Below, piece by piece: positions 44,813 through 53,664 of a stretch of DNA of 64,000 nt; the first letter of the stretch is position 1; the number at the start of each line of letters is the position of its first letter. The notes under the pieces are model-generated. The model worked only from the letters and a program-made list of their open reading frames with translations, made no database searches and had not been told where the DNA came from. A program made the translations under genes and the position numbers. Source of the stretch: Dehalococcoidia bacterium (GTDB lineage: Bacteria; Chloroflexota; Dehalococcoidia; Lucifugimonadales; UBA3495); contig OZ247427.1 in NCBI GenBank assembly GCA_965232815.1, positions 98,447 to 162,446 on the forward strand, read 5' to 3'.

Positions 44813-46531
44813 TTACCCTATCTCGTCGCTCATGCTGTAGATCTGACCAGGCCGCCCGCCCGCCGGCAGGCCCAACGGCAGGTGCACGTTCAGCAGGTAC
44901 GGCCGCTTTTCGTCCTCGACTATGCGTAGGCCCCGCTCAATGGCTTCACCGATCGTTGCCTCATCCGTGGCGTCCGCGGCTTCCACGCCGAACCCCTCGG
45001 CCAATTTCACCGGATCGATGTTGTCCAGCACTACGCCCCGGTACTCGCCGGTATCCTTCATCTGCGCGCCGGCGTTCGCCCACGAGTTGGCTACGATGCC
45101 ATACGCGCCGTTGTTGGAAATCACGTACATCACCGGCACGTTGTGGCTCGCCGCCGTCCATAGCGCGTGGTCGGAATAGTACAGCGATCCATCACCGACC
45201 AGGCCCACCACCGGCTTGTCCGGCGCGCCCAGCTTCGCGCCGATCGCCGCCCCGACTCCATAACCCTCGGACCCTCCGGCCGGCCGGATGTACTGGTTGT
45301 TTCCGGCGTCACCCGTGTTGTCCAGGATGTCCTGAGCCACGGCAAACTGTTCGATGGTCACCAGGCCACCCCCGCGCCTCTCCAGCGCGGCGTCCAGCGC
45401 ATCACCCAGCGCCACCGCGCGCACTCTACCCTCCTGCGGCGCGACGTTCTGAGCGTTGGCTCGGGTCCGCGCTCTCAGCGACGCCACTTCCTCTCGAGCC
45501 GCGCCGCGCCGGTCGGACATATCGTCGCCATCTGTGGCATCCAGCAGGCTTTGCGCAGCGCGTTTCTCGTCGGCCAGCACCGCCAGGCCCAGGCCGGGAA
45601 TGTTCTCCAGGTTCTCCGCGTCCGCGCCGATGGCAATGGTGCGCTCGGCGTTGAAGAACGCGGTGTAATCGCTGGCGTTGCCCGCGCCGTTGTGCGTAAC
45701 CCCGATGCACAGAATCAGGTCCGGATCAATGTCCGCCGCTTGTTCCAGCCGCCGCCCGCCGGCATGCAGTGGATGCTTGATCGGCACCGCGCGGGGATCA
45801 CCCACTACCGGCACACCGAACCGCTCGGCCAATGCCGTCACCTCACCTATTGCTCCGCTCTTCCACACGCCGTCGCCCACGTACATCATCGGGCGCTTGG
45901 CGTCTCGCAGCGCGCTGGCCACCGCTTCCACGTCCGAGTTCGACGGATATCCGGCGCGAAATTCCGGAATGCCGCCATCAATAATGTTGGCCGTGTGTTC
46001 CTGATGCCCCAGCAGCCGGTCGTACACGGCAAGATGCACCGGTCCCACCGGCGGCGTCATGGCCACCCGCAGGGCGCGCTCCACCGCGGCCGGCAGACCC
46101 TCCGGTTCGATCACCGTCCAGTTGGCCTTCATCATCGGCGCTGCGATGGCCGTCGGCCCCGCGTTGTGGCTGACGTCCAGGCTTATCTTGCCCGCGAAAC
46201 TGCCGGTGTCGCCGGCGAACGTGATCACCACCACGGGCAGGCTCCCGGTCCAGATGTTGATCAACTGCCCCATCGCCTGCGCCAGTCCCGCGCCCAGGTG
46301 GACTACCATCACCCCGGGCGTAAGGCTGCCCTGCGTGTACCCGCCCGCCATCGCGGTAACGGCGCCCTCGTGGAGGCCCAATATGCCGTGGATGTCGGAA
46401 CGGGCGTGCAGCGAATCGAAGAACAACGCCTCGCGAGAACCGGAGTTGTTGAACACATACTTGACGCCGGACGCCACAAGCTGTTCGACCATCAATTGGG
46501 ATGCGGAGGCGGTCATCTGCCTGGTCTGCAT
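44813..46531 (-). CDS. thiamine-pyrophosphate-dependent enzyme (acetolactate synthase/benzoylformate decarboxylase-like)
   Basis: ATG at 46531 after AAGGAGA. ASQLMVEQLVASGVKYVFNNSG N-terminus. TPP motif GDGSLYYSDHALWTAASHNVPVMYVISNNGAYG. Confidence 0.8.
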   Translation of the reverse strand: MQTRQMTASASQLMVEQLVASGVKYVFNNSGSREALFFDSLHARSDIHGILGLHEGAVTAMAGGYTQGSLTPGVMVVHLGAGLAQAMGQLINIWTGSLPVVVITFAGDTGSFAGKISLDVSHNAGPTAIAAPMMKANWTVIEPEGLPAAVERALRVAMTPPVGPVHLAVYDRLLGHQEHTANIIDGGIPEFRAGYPSNSDVEAVASALRDAKRPMMYVGDGVWKSGAIGEVTALAERFGVPVVGDPRAVPIKHPLHAGGRRLEQAADIDPDLILCIGVTHNGAGNASDYTAFFNAERTIAIGADAENLENIPGLGLAVLADEKRAAQSLLDATDGDDMSDRRGAAREEVASLRARTRANAQNVAPQEGRVRAVALGDALDAALERRGGGLVTIEQFAVAQDILDNTGDAGNNQYIRPAGGSEGYGVGAAIGAKLGAPDKPVVGLVGDGSLYYSDHALWTAASHNVPVMYVISNNGAYGIVANSWANAGAQMKDTGEYRGVVLDNIDPVKLAEGFGVEAADATDEATIGEAIERGLRIVEDEKRPYLLNVHLPLGLPAGGRPGQIYSMSDEIG

Positions 46532-46702
46532 GGAAATTCTCCTTGTGCTGAGAAAGTAGCCGAGTGGAGGCATAGTAAGCCGCCTCCCCGTTCGTGTCCA
46601 CCAACGTACGCAACCGGAGTCCGATTGAATGCCTGAACGCCGTGCCTCACCTATCGTAGAAGACGTCAGGCGCGGCCGATAGCCCCTCCCTCCTGCCCCC
46701 GG

Positions 46703-46747
46703 TCACCGGCGTAGGGGCAGGTTTGAAACCTGCCCCTACGCCGGTGA
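46703..46747. repeat. 45-nt perfect palindrome (terminator-like)
   Basis: TCACCGGCGTAGGGGCAGGTTT-G-AAACCTGCCCCTACGCCGGTGA, 18 nt downstream of the kinase-like gene stop. Confidence 0.85.
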
Positions 46748-46764
46748 TGCACAGTCCGCGCGGG

Positions 46765-47667
46765 TCACTGCTCCGATGCCAGACCCTCCCGCAGCGCGTC
46801 CGCCGCCACCGGCCCCAGTCGAGTTGCCAGGATGGCCGCTCCCTCCTCCGCGATCCGCCAGTCCCTCTCCTGGATCTGCGCCACCGTCTGACCGGCCAGC
46901 CGACGCCCGTAATCCGCCACGAACCTGCCCAGCGCATCGTCATCACCGCCGCCGGTCATCTGTCTGAACAAACGGAACATCGGATCCGTTCGCGCCGCGT
47001 TCCAGGCATCCTCAAAGGTCAATCCCTCCGGATGATTGTCGAATAGCAGCGAAACGCCGAAATCGATCAGGCGAATCTCCCCATCCGCACGCACGATGAT
47101 GTGCGAGCGGCCCTCCGGATCGGATATGGTTGCGTCGTTATAGCAGACGCCGGCCGAGTGCAGCCGCGACAGAGCGGATGCCAGCGCCATGCCTATGGCG
47201 CGCATCGTGTCCGCCGTGGCCTCATCAGGTGGCAGGTCAGTGAGGAACCGCCCATCCACGAATTCCTCGCTGATGAATCCATCGATTGTCGGATGCTGTC
47301 TCGGCCCAACACCCAGCGACCCGGCTATCTCAGCGATCTTGGCTTCCCGACTGCTCTGGCAAGGCTTGATGACGACGGTGGAATCCCCTTCGGCAATGAT
47401 CGCGACTCGACCGCGGCTCCGTCCGTCATACCTGACTGACGCAGCTTCGGATTCAGCCCCATACACCATCTCGTACGTCGCCGGAAACAGGCCGTATACC
47501 GAGAACTGTTCAATGCGGTCGTCACCCAGCAGCAGTTCCCAAAGGTCCGGATCAACCCGCGCCAGGGGCCAGAGGGGCCACAAGCGTTCGGGGCATTGGG
47601 CGGCGAACACCGCCGCATCTCGCTCTCGGATTAGTTCGGGCGTCACCGATGGCAGACCGGCCATCAC
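46765..47667 (-). CDS. protein-kinase-like fold protein (RIO/Bud32-like) with atypical catalytic loop
   Basis: STVVIKPCQ (beta3 Lys), EEFVDG hinge, LHSAGVCYNDATISD in place of HxDxxxxN, and IRLIDFGVS (DFG). Confidence 0.5.
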   Translation of the reverse strand: MMAGLPSVTPELIRERDAAVFAAQCPERLWPLWPLARVDPDLWELLLGDDRIEQFSVYGLFPATYEMVYGAESEAASVRYDGRSRGRVAIIAEGDSTVVIKPCQSSREAKIAEIAGSLGVGPRQHPTIDGFISEEFVDGRFLTDLPPDEATADTMRAIGMALASALSRLHSAGVCYNDATISDPEGRSHIIVRADGEIRLIDFGVSLLFDNHPEGLTFEDAWNAARTDPMFRLFRQMTGGGDDDALGRFVADYGRRLAGQTVAQIQERDWRIAEEGAAILATRLGPVAADALREGLASEQ

Positions 47668-47724
47668 ATCCCCGATGGCGGATAGTTGAGCATCTGAGTA
47701 CCGGATGTTGCGACCTGCCTTGCG

Positions 47725-48081
47725 TCAGCCGGCGTCGGTCAATGTGAACACGCTAGGGTCGGCAGAGTCAGGTACCAGCGCCCGCACCCGCACCACCGCA
47801 TCGGGATTGATCGGCCCGTACACATGCGGATAAATCTCGCCGGACCGTGCCGCCTCTCGTATCACCGGCGAGTCCTCCGGCAGTCGCTCCGTATCAACGT
47901 CCAGGGCTATCAGGTCGGTGCGCCCGGCAAAAAGCCGTGCCGCCACCCGCAGCATCTGCTCCTCATCCGCGCTGGCGTGGATGAAACCCTCTTCCGCCAG
48001 CGACGGCGCCCGATACTCTCCGTCAGCCACCCCCGCTTCCCAATCAGCCCCAAACGCCAGGTGATAGATGATGTCAGCCAT
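47725..48081 (-). CDS. DUF952-domain protein
   Basis: IYHLAFGADWE..GFIHAS....YPHVYGPIN pattern typical of DUF952. Confidence 0.65.
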   Translation of the reverse strand: MADIIYHLAFGADWEAGVADGEYRAPSLAEEGFIHASADEEQMLRVAARLFAGRTDLIALDVDTERLPEDSPVIREAARSGEIYPHVYGPINPDAVVRVRALVPDSADPSVFTLTDAG

Positions 48082-48084
48082 CGT

Positions 48085-49194
48085 CTACCGGCACGCCGCC
48101 CGCACCGCCCGCGAGATCGTAGCCAACCGCGGGTTGTTGGTCGCGCTGGCCCTGAAACCGTTGGTAATGTAGGCCACCGCGAGACCCATCGACGGGTCCG
48201 ACCAGCCAACCGACGTGCCCGCTCCCCCGTGCCCGAACGTCCCTGCCCCCTGGTTCGCGCTGACCCCCATCCTGTTGTCGTCCAGCACCAGCCCCAGCGA
48301 GCGACGCATCCGCGTGCCCAGCGAAAAGTCATTGGCCTCCAGTTGCAACCGCGTGCCCTCCGCCACCGTCTCCGGTTTCATGATCCGCACGCCGTCCAAC
48401 TCGCCGCCGTTCCCCATCATCGCGTAAAAGCGCGCCAGGCCTCGGGCCGCGAAGATACCTCCGCCGGCGGGATGCACGGCTTGGTGCACTTCAGGACGAT
48501 TGTAGGGACGGATCATTCCGGGACGGTCGCAGTCTTCCATCGCGTGGATGCGCGAAACCCTGTGCTCCAGTTCCGGCGGCAGCCCCACGTAACCGTCGTT
48601 GATGCCCAGGGGGTCCAGGATCTCTTCGCGCAGGAACACGCCGATGTGGCGGCCGTCAATCCGCTGCACCAACTCTCCGATCACCCACCCGAAATTCCGC
48701 GGGTGGTAAGCCATGATCTGCCCGGCCGGATAGTCGGGAATAACGTCCTCCATGCACTTGACTACGTAGTCCCAGTCCTGCCAGCGGTCCCACGATAGCT
48801 CTGGCGGAGTTTCCGGGAACCCGCCTCGATGCGTCAGAATATGCCGTATCGTCACGCCGCCCTTGTTGTGCTTGGCAAACCCGGGCCAGTAGTTCGCCAC
48901 CGCGTCGTCCCAGTCCAGTTGCCCCCGTTCCCACAGGATGTGCAGGCACGCCGCTGCCAACGGCTTCGTGGACGAGTACAGGATGAACATCGTGTCGCCA
49001 TCCACCGGTGTGCCGGCGGCATCGTCGGCCAACCCGCCCCAAATGTCCACCGCCAGTTTGCCGTGGCGGTACACCGCCAACCCGGCGCCCGGATGCAGCC
49101 CTTGTTCAATTTGCTGGTGGAAAAGTTTTTCGAGCTCCTGAACGGCGGCGGGGTTAATCCCGACTTGCTCTTGAACGGTGGCGGTGGTCATCAA
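48085..49194 (-). CDS. serine hydrolase, beta-lactamase/PBP4*-like family
   Basis: 369 aa. SxxK motif in FILYSSTKPL. Its stop lies 3 nt from the DUF952 start. Confidence 0.75.
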   Translation of the reverse strand: MMTTATVQEQVGINPAAVQELEKLFHQQIEQGLHPGAGLAVYRHGKLAVDIWGGLADDAAGTPVDGDTMFILYSSTKPLAAACLHILWERGQLDWDDAVANYWPGFAKHNKGGVTIRHILTHRGGFPETPPELSWDRWQDWDYVVKCMEDVIPDYPAGQIMAYHPRNFGWVIGELVQRIDGRHIGVFLREEILDPLGINDGYVGLPPELEHRVSRIHAMEDCDRPGMIRPYNRPEVHQAVHPAGGGIFAARGLARFYAMMGNGGELDGVRIMKPETVAEGTRLQLEANDFSLGTRMRRSLGLVLDDNRMGVSANQGAGTFGHGGAGTSVGWSDPSMGLAVAYITNGFRASATNNPRLATISRAVRAACR

Positions 49195-49203
49195 TAATCC
49201 TCT

Positions 49204-49641
49204 TCAGTTGGCGAATGTGGTTTCCAGGTTGGCCGACAGGTCAAAAAAATGCTGCAGGCTCTGGTTGTACCTGAAAAACAGGTCCGCCCGCAGTTGGTCG
49301 CCCGTGGCGTTGTTGGAAATCTCGTTGATCATGTCCAGGCTCACCAGGGTCTGGCCGGCCTCGGCTCCCCCATTGGCTTTGATATTCTCCAGCATCGTTC
49401 GCCAGGCATCGGGCTCCATCTCGATGAAAAAGTCCACGTTGATCAGATCGTACTCGTTCCCGGTCCGTACCGACTTGCACTCGAACGCCTCGAACGTGAC
49501 CACGTAAACCTCGTCGGCGATTTTCACCCCCATGTCGGCATCTACCGTGCCGAATTGACGGTAGCCTGCGTCCTCGTTGACCAGGTTTTTCAGGGCCTCA
49601 AACCAGGCCAGCGAGGGAAATGCGACAGCATCATCAGCCAT
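49204..49641 (-). CDS. SCP2 sterol-carrier-like domain protein
   Basis: 145 aa. LAWFEALKNLVNED.., and a C-terminal FFRYNQSLQHFFDL helix pattern resembling SCP2-type proteins. By-eye call. Confidence 0.45.
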   Translation of the reverse strand: MADDAVAFPSLAWFEALKNLVNEDAGYRQFGTVDADMGVKIADEVYVVTFEAFECKSVRTGNEYDLINVDFFIEMEPDAWRTMLENIKANGGAEAGQTLVSLDMINEISNNATGDQLRADLFFRYNQSLQHFFDLSANLETTFAN

Positions 49642-49685
49642 TCAGTTCATGCCTCCTCGGACAATCGACCGGCGTCGGGCCGGTC

Positions 49686-49994
49686 CTATTCGTTGAAATA
49701 AGGGTCTCCGGTTTTCTCGCCGGCCGAAAACGGCGCCATTTGCCGGAGGTAGTGATCGGGATCCGACCCGGGCGACGCTTTGCCCATCGCGTCGTCCACC
49801 ATCTTGTAATACCGCGGATCCAAGTTTCGGTATTCGTCTGCCTCGGTGCGCCCCTGGGAAAACGACGACATGATCCGTTCCATACCGGCATCCCCGCAGT
49901 GCGAACATTCCACGCCTGTAGCCGCTGACGCCATCTTGAAAAACAGACTGCTGACCCGGTGGCAAGCCTGGCAGCGGTATTCGTAAATGGGCAT
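49686..49994 (-). CDS. FmdB-family zinc-ribbon protein (second copy)
   Basis: MPIYEYRCQACH...CSHCGD. Confidence 0.7.
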   Translation of the reverse strand: MPIYEYRCQACHRVSSLFFKMASAATGVECSHCGDAGMERIMSSFSQGRTEADEYRNLDPRYYKMVDDAMGKASPGSDPDHYLRQMAPFSAGEKTGDPYFNE

Positions 49995-50103
49995 GGTCGC
50001 TACACCCTACACGTGCTTGTGAATCGGCACCGTTGCCTCGCTCATCGGGGAAACGCAACACCGCAGTGGATGGTATCCGAACACCCCGACGGTGTCAAAA
50101 CGG

Positions 50104-50556
50104 TCAACTTGCCGGCATGCCTTCATCAAACGCGGCGGAGTGCCGCTTGATGTCTATCACCGGCGACCCGTCCTGCGCATCAAGCTCAGTCACCCCCAGG
50201 ATGCCCTCGCCCGTGCTCTCATCCACGCGTACCGACTCAATTCGGGCGACCGTAGCCGCGATAAAATTGGGCCGATACTGGCTGCGCGTCGCAAACACCC
50301 CACGAATGGGATTGGCCGGGTTGTGACCCGGGTGCAATTGCAGTTCGTATCCGGTGGCGACCGCGCGATGCAGCACGAACAGCGTTAGTATGCGATCGCC
50401 CGGTTCCAGCCCCATCAGGCCGTCCGCAAACTCTGGATACACCACGATTGTCGACGGTTCGCTGCGCATGTCCTCCGACGACGCGTAGCTGTCAAACCCG
50501 CTCCGCACGTACCCGATTGGCGCAACTTCGACGGATTTCCGCGCCCGGTCCCCCAC
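50104..50556 (-). CDS. trmO: TsaA/TrmO-like (UPF0066, YaeB) SAM-dependent methyltransferase
   Basis: APIGYVRSGF.., FADGLMGLEPGDRILTLFVLH, RPNFIAATVARIE and DGSPVIDIK. Confidence 0.65.
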   Translation of the reverse strand: MGDRARKSVEVAPIGYVRSGFDSYASSEDMRSEPSTIVVYPEFADGLMGLEPGDRILTLFVLHRAVATGYELQLHPGHNPANPIRGVFATRSQYRPNFIAATVARIESVRVDESTGEGILGVTELDAQDGSPVIDIKRHSAAFDEGMPAS

Positions 50557-50562
50557 GCCGGT

Positions 50563-51444
50563 TTAGTCGGCCGCCGCCGCTGACACGCTCGCCGTGGACA
50601 ACGACGCAAGCCAGTTGAGCACCGCCGCGCCCGCCTCCGGCATCATATTGGTCAGCGAATGGTTGCCGCCCTCCAGCACCAGGTACTCCGCGCGTGGGCT
50701 GTTAACGGCCGCGGTGATCATATCCTGCGGCACGTCCAGCAGCCGTGTGTGGGTTTCCAGCGATCCTGACAGCACGAACAGCGGCACCCGTATTTGTGGG
50801 CTGTGCTGAATCACGTTGTAGCGTTCCGATGGGCCGTGCTTGTCCAGGTATGCAGCTGCCGAGAACACTTCCTTGATCGGAAAATCCACGTAGAACAGGT
50901 CCAGTGCCCGCCCCTCGGCTTCCATCCGGTCCGCTGTCTCGAGGTTGCTGCGGAATTCTTCCGCATCCTCCGACTCCATGTAGTACGAGCAGGACAGCCG
51001 CACCGGCGAAACGGGGATCACCGCCGCCACCCGGGGGTCGTCCTCGACCGAAGCATAGTAAGCGACCTTCACGGCGCCCATGCTGTGGCCCAGGATCCCG
51101 ATGCGCTGGTATCCGAGGCTAGACAGATAGTCGATGCCTGCCCGCAGGTCCTGCCGTCCGGTATCCAGGATTTCGTACGCGTTGCCCTCGGCCACTCCGC
51201 TTTGCCGGTCCACCCACACCGTGTCGTGGCCACGGGTGTTGAGCGCCAGCGCCCCGTAGCCCTGGTCCCGTAGATCGTTGGCCATGTTTGCGGTGGCCGC
51301 CGTATAGAAAGCCCGACCGGAACCGTGGATGCACAACACCGCGTCAATCGGTCCGGCGGGTTCTGTGCCAGGGGCCGGTTCAAAATACGCCCCGTCCAGT
51401 TCCACTCCGTCGGGGGCTTTGATGCGAATCAAGTCAACCAGCAT
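50563..51444 (-). CDS. alpha/beta-fold hydrolase
   Basis: 293 aa. Nucleophile elbow ILGHSMGA. Confidence 0.7.
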   Translation of the reverse strand: MLVDLIRIKAPDGVELDGAYFEPAPGTEPAGPIDAVLCIHGSGRAFYTAATANMANDLRDQGYGALALNTRGHDTVWVDRQSGVAEGNAYEILDTGRQDLRAGIDYLSSLGYQRIGILGHSMGAVKVAYYASVEDDPRVAAVIPVSPVRLSCSYYMESEDAEEFRSNLETADRMEAEGRALDLFYVDFPIKEVFSAAAYLDKHGPSERYNVIQHSPQIRVPLFVLSGSLETHTRLLDVPQDMITAAVNSPRAEYLVLEGGNHSLTNMMPEAGAAVLNWLASLSTASVSAAAAD

Positions 51445-51485
51445 GGGGTCATCCTCCCGTTTTGAGGGTTTCCGATACCGGCATA

Positions 51486-51980
51486 TTACCTTTGTTGCAG
51501 CAGGAATGCCACCAACGCATCCACGTCGTCATCCGACAGCACAATGGTGTTCATCACGCTCAGCATCAGGTTGCAATCGGTATCAGGCACCGTGAAGGCA
51601 CAGGAATCAACGATCGATTCCCGCAGGTACTGCTCCGCCGTGTATCCGGCAATCCGGCTTTCCGCCACCGTCCCAATGCCATTCAATTCGGGCCCCAGCA
51701 CGCCGTGCGTCAACCCGTCTATTTTGTGGCAGGCGGCGCAACCGGCGACACCCGCAAACAATTCCTGGCCCTTCGCCACTGCATCTGCGCTGATGTCGAC
51801 GGCCGGCGCCAAGCCTTGCGCAGGTGTCCCTGCCGGAACAGCAGTCGCCGCACCGGTCGGAGCCGGCGCAACCGATGTCGGTGCAGTGGACGCGGCGCTA
51901 TCGGAAACGCCGCCGCTGCATCCAACAGCGGCGGCGAAAATACCGCACAGAACAGTGAGCGCCAGGATCTGCCGGCGCAT
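51486..51980 (-). CDS. membrane-tethered monoheme c-type cytochrome (lipoprotein)
   Basis: Lipobox AAAVGC. Heme motif CAACH. Paralogous to the C-terminal domain of the next gene. Confidence 0.8.
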   Translation of the reverse strand: MRRQILALTVLCGIFAAAVGCSGGVSDSAASTAPTSVAPAPTGAATAVPAGTPAQGLAPAVDISADAVAKGQELFAGVAGCAACHKIDGLTHGVLGPELNGIGTVAESRIAGYTAEQYLRESIVDSCAFTVPDTDCNLMLSVMNTIVLSDDDVDALVAFLLQQR

Positions 51981-51988
51981 CAGGGTGC

Positions 51989-52840
51989 CTACTGCAGGCT
52001 CAGCAGGTATTCCACCAGGACGTCTATGTCCTCGTCAGACAGGGAGGGCAGCACACCTGCCATGGTGGACAGCATCAAGTTGCCGTCGTAGTCCTGCGAA
52101 AGTCCGTCGGCAGTACCCGCAGCGTAGACATCCGGCTCCAGTATCGATTCGCGGATGTATTCCTCCGCAGAGTATCCCGGTATCCGGTTGGCCGAGGCGG
52201 AACCGATGCCATCCAAAGGCGGACCCAACACCCCCTGCGCGACACCCGAAATGGTGTGGCAGGACGAGCACGCCGCCGCGCCCACGAATAACGCTTGGCC
52301 GGGAGACGAGGCGACTGCTGCGCCGGACGCTGCCGGTTGCGGACACGCTCCCACCGGGCAGGGCGTCGGAATCACTAACGCCTCGAAATGATGCTCCTCT
52401 TCCGCAACATGATGGACAAACGGCTCTTGCCGGTTTTCAGAGAAAGCACGCGGCGTCGGCCGCAGTACGCCAAACAGCACCACCAGCGACAATGCTACTA
52501 CCAGTCCCAGGATCAGACCGGCGACAAATATCTGCCACAACAGCGGGTGCTCGAACTTCAGGTGCATGAAGAACGCCACAACGCAGAAGAACTTGATCAC
52601 CGAAAGGATCACCAGCGGCGCTATGACTACGCTCGAGCCTTGCAGGCCTTCGGGTACGATGATCAGGAATTCGACCAGCGTGATGATCCCCAGGAAAATC
52701 GCCAACCAGCCGTACTGCTTCAGGCCGCCATGCACCCCTTCCGGAACGTGCCCGAAGAAGAACCGCTTCATGCCAGCGTCCTCGTGTCCGCCGTGCTCGT
52801 CGTGCGGCAGCGCGCCTTCGTGGCCGGGGTTAGTGCTCAT
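51989..52840 (-). CDS. ctaF: cytochrome c oxidase subunit IV (prokaryotic COX4) fused to a monoheme cytochrome c domain
   Basis: Three TM helices (WLAIFLGIITLVEFLIIV, VIAPLVILSVIKFFCVVAFFMHL, LLWQIFVAGLILGLVVAL), then a linker and a CSSCH domain. Confidence 0.65.
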   Translation of the reverse strand: MSTNPGHEGALPHDEHGGHEDAGMKRFFFGHVPEGVHGGLKQYGWLAIFLGIITLVEFLIIVPEGLQGSSVVIAPLVILSVIKFFCVVAFFMHLKFEHPLLWQIFVAGLILGLVVALSLVVLFGVLRPTPRAFSENRQEPFVHHVAEEEHHFEALVIPTPCPVGACPQPAASGAAVASSPGQALFVGAAACSSCHTISGVAQGVLGPPLDGIGSASANRIPGYSAEEYIRESILEPDVYAAGTADGLSQDYDGNLMLSTMAGVLPSLSDEDIDVLVEYLLSLQ

Positions 52841-52899
52841 TGCGTGAGTGCCTCCTGGGAACCTGCAAACGTCGTACGGTAATGGGTCTCACACCCGAT

Positions 52900-53604
52900 C
52901 TACATGATCGTGGCGGTAATCCACTGCCAGCCTTGTATCGCCGCATGTTCCACCTCCGGGCCGGCGTCGAAGCCCCCAATCAGGTACAGCAACGTGAAAA
53001 TCACGATCCAGACGATGTCGACGAAGTGCCAGTAGAGCCCTGCGATGTCAACGTCCAGACCCGATGGCCGCCCGGCCGGGTTCCGCATCGCGATAATCGT
53101 CAGGCACAGCAGCCAGAACAGACCCAGCGTAACGTGCGCGCCGTGGAATCCGGTCAAAGTGAAGAACGTGCTGCTGAACAGGTTCGTTTCGTAGCGCAGT
53201 CCTTCAATACGGAACAGGTTGAACTCATAAACTTGGAAACCAATAAAAATCGCGCCCAGGATGATGGTCGCTATCAACCACTGGACCAGCCGTTTCTGGT
53301 TGCCGTTGCGGGCCGCGGCCACTCCCATCACCATCGCGAATGAACTCATCAGAAGTACGAACGTGCTGATGGTGGTGATGGGGACGTCGATGATGTCCTT
53401 CGGATAGGGTCCCACCACGCTCTGGCCCCGATACACCATGTAGGTGGCGATCAGCGAACCGAAGAACAGGCAGTCCGAACCCAGGAACACCCACATCAGG
53501 AGCTTCCGGTGATTTATGCCGGTGGTGGTTTCCTCCTCGTGCTCGGGAGGATGCGCCGACGGCTCGTGGGCCGGCGGGGCATGAGTCGTATCTACGTGGG
53601 CCAA
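52900..53604 (-). CDS. ctaE: cytochrome c oxidase subunit III
   Basis: 234 aa, multi-TM, FFTLTGFHGAHVTLG motif. Confidence 0.85.
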   Translation of the reverse strand: MAHVDTTHAPPAHEPSAHPPEHEEETTTGINHRKLLMWVFLGSDCLFFGSLIATYMVYRGQSVVGPYPKDIIDVPITTISTFVLLMSSFAMVMGVAAARNGNQKRLVQWLIATIILGAIFIGFQVYEFNLFRIEGLRYETNLFSSTFFTLTGFHGAHVTLGLFWLLCLTIIAMRNPAGRPSGLDVDIAGLYWHFVDIVWIVIFTLLYLIGGFDAGPEVEHAAIQGWQWITATIM

Positions 53605-53664
53605 CGGGCGCCTCCTGATTGCGACTGTTTACGGGTTAGCCGGAGACAATTCAACGGGCGCGGC

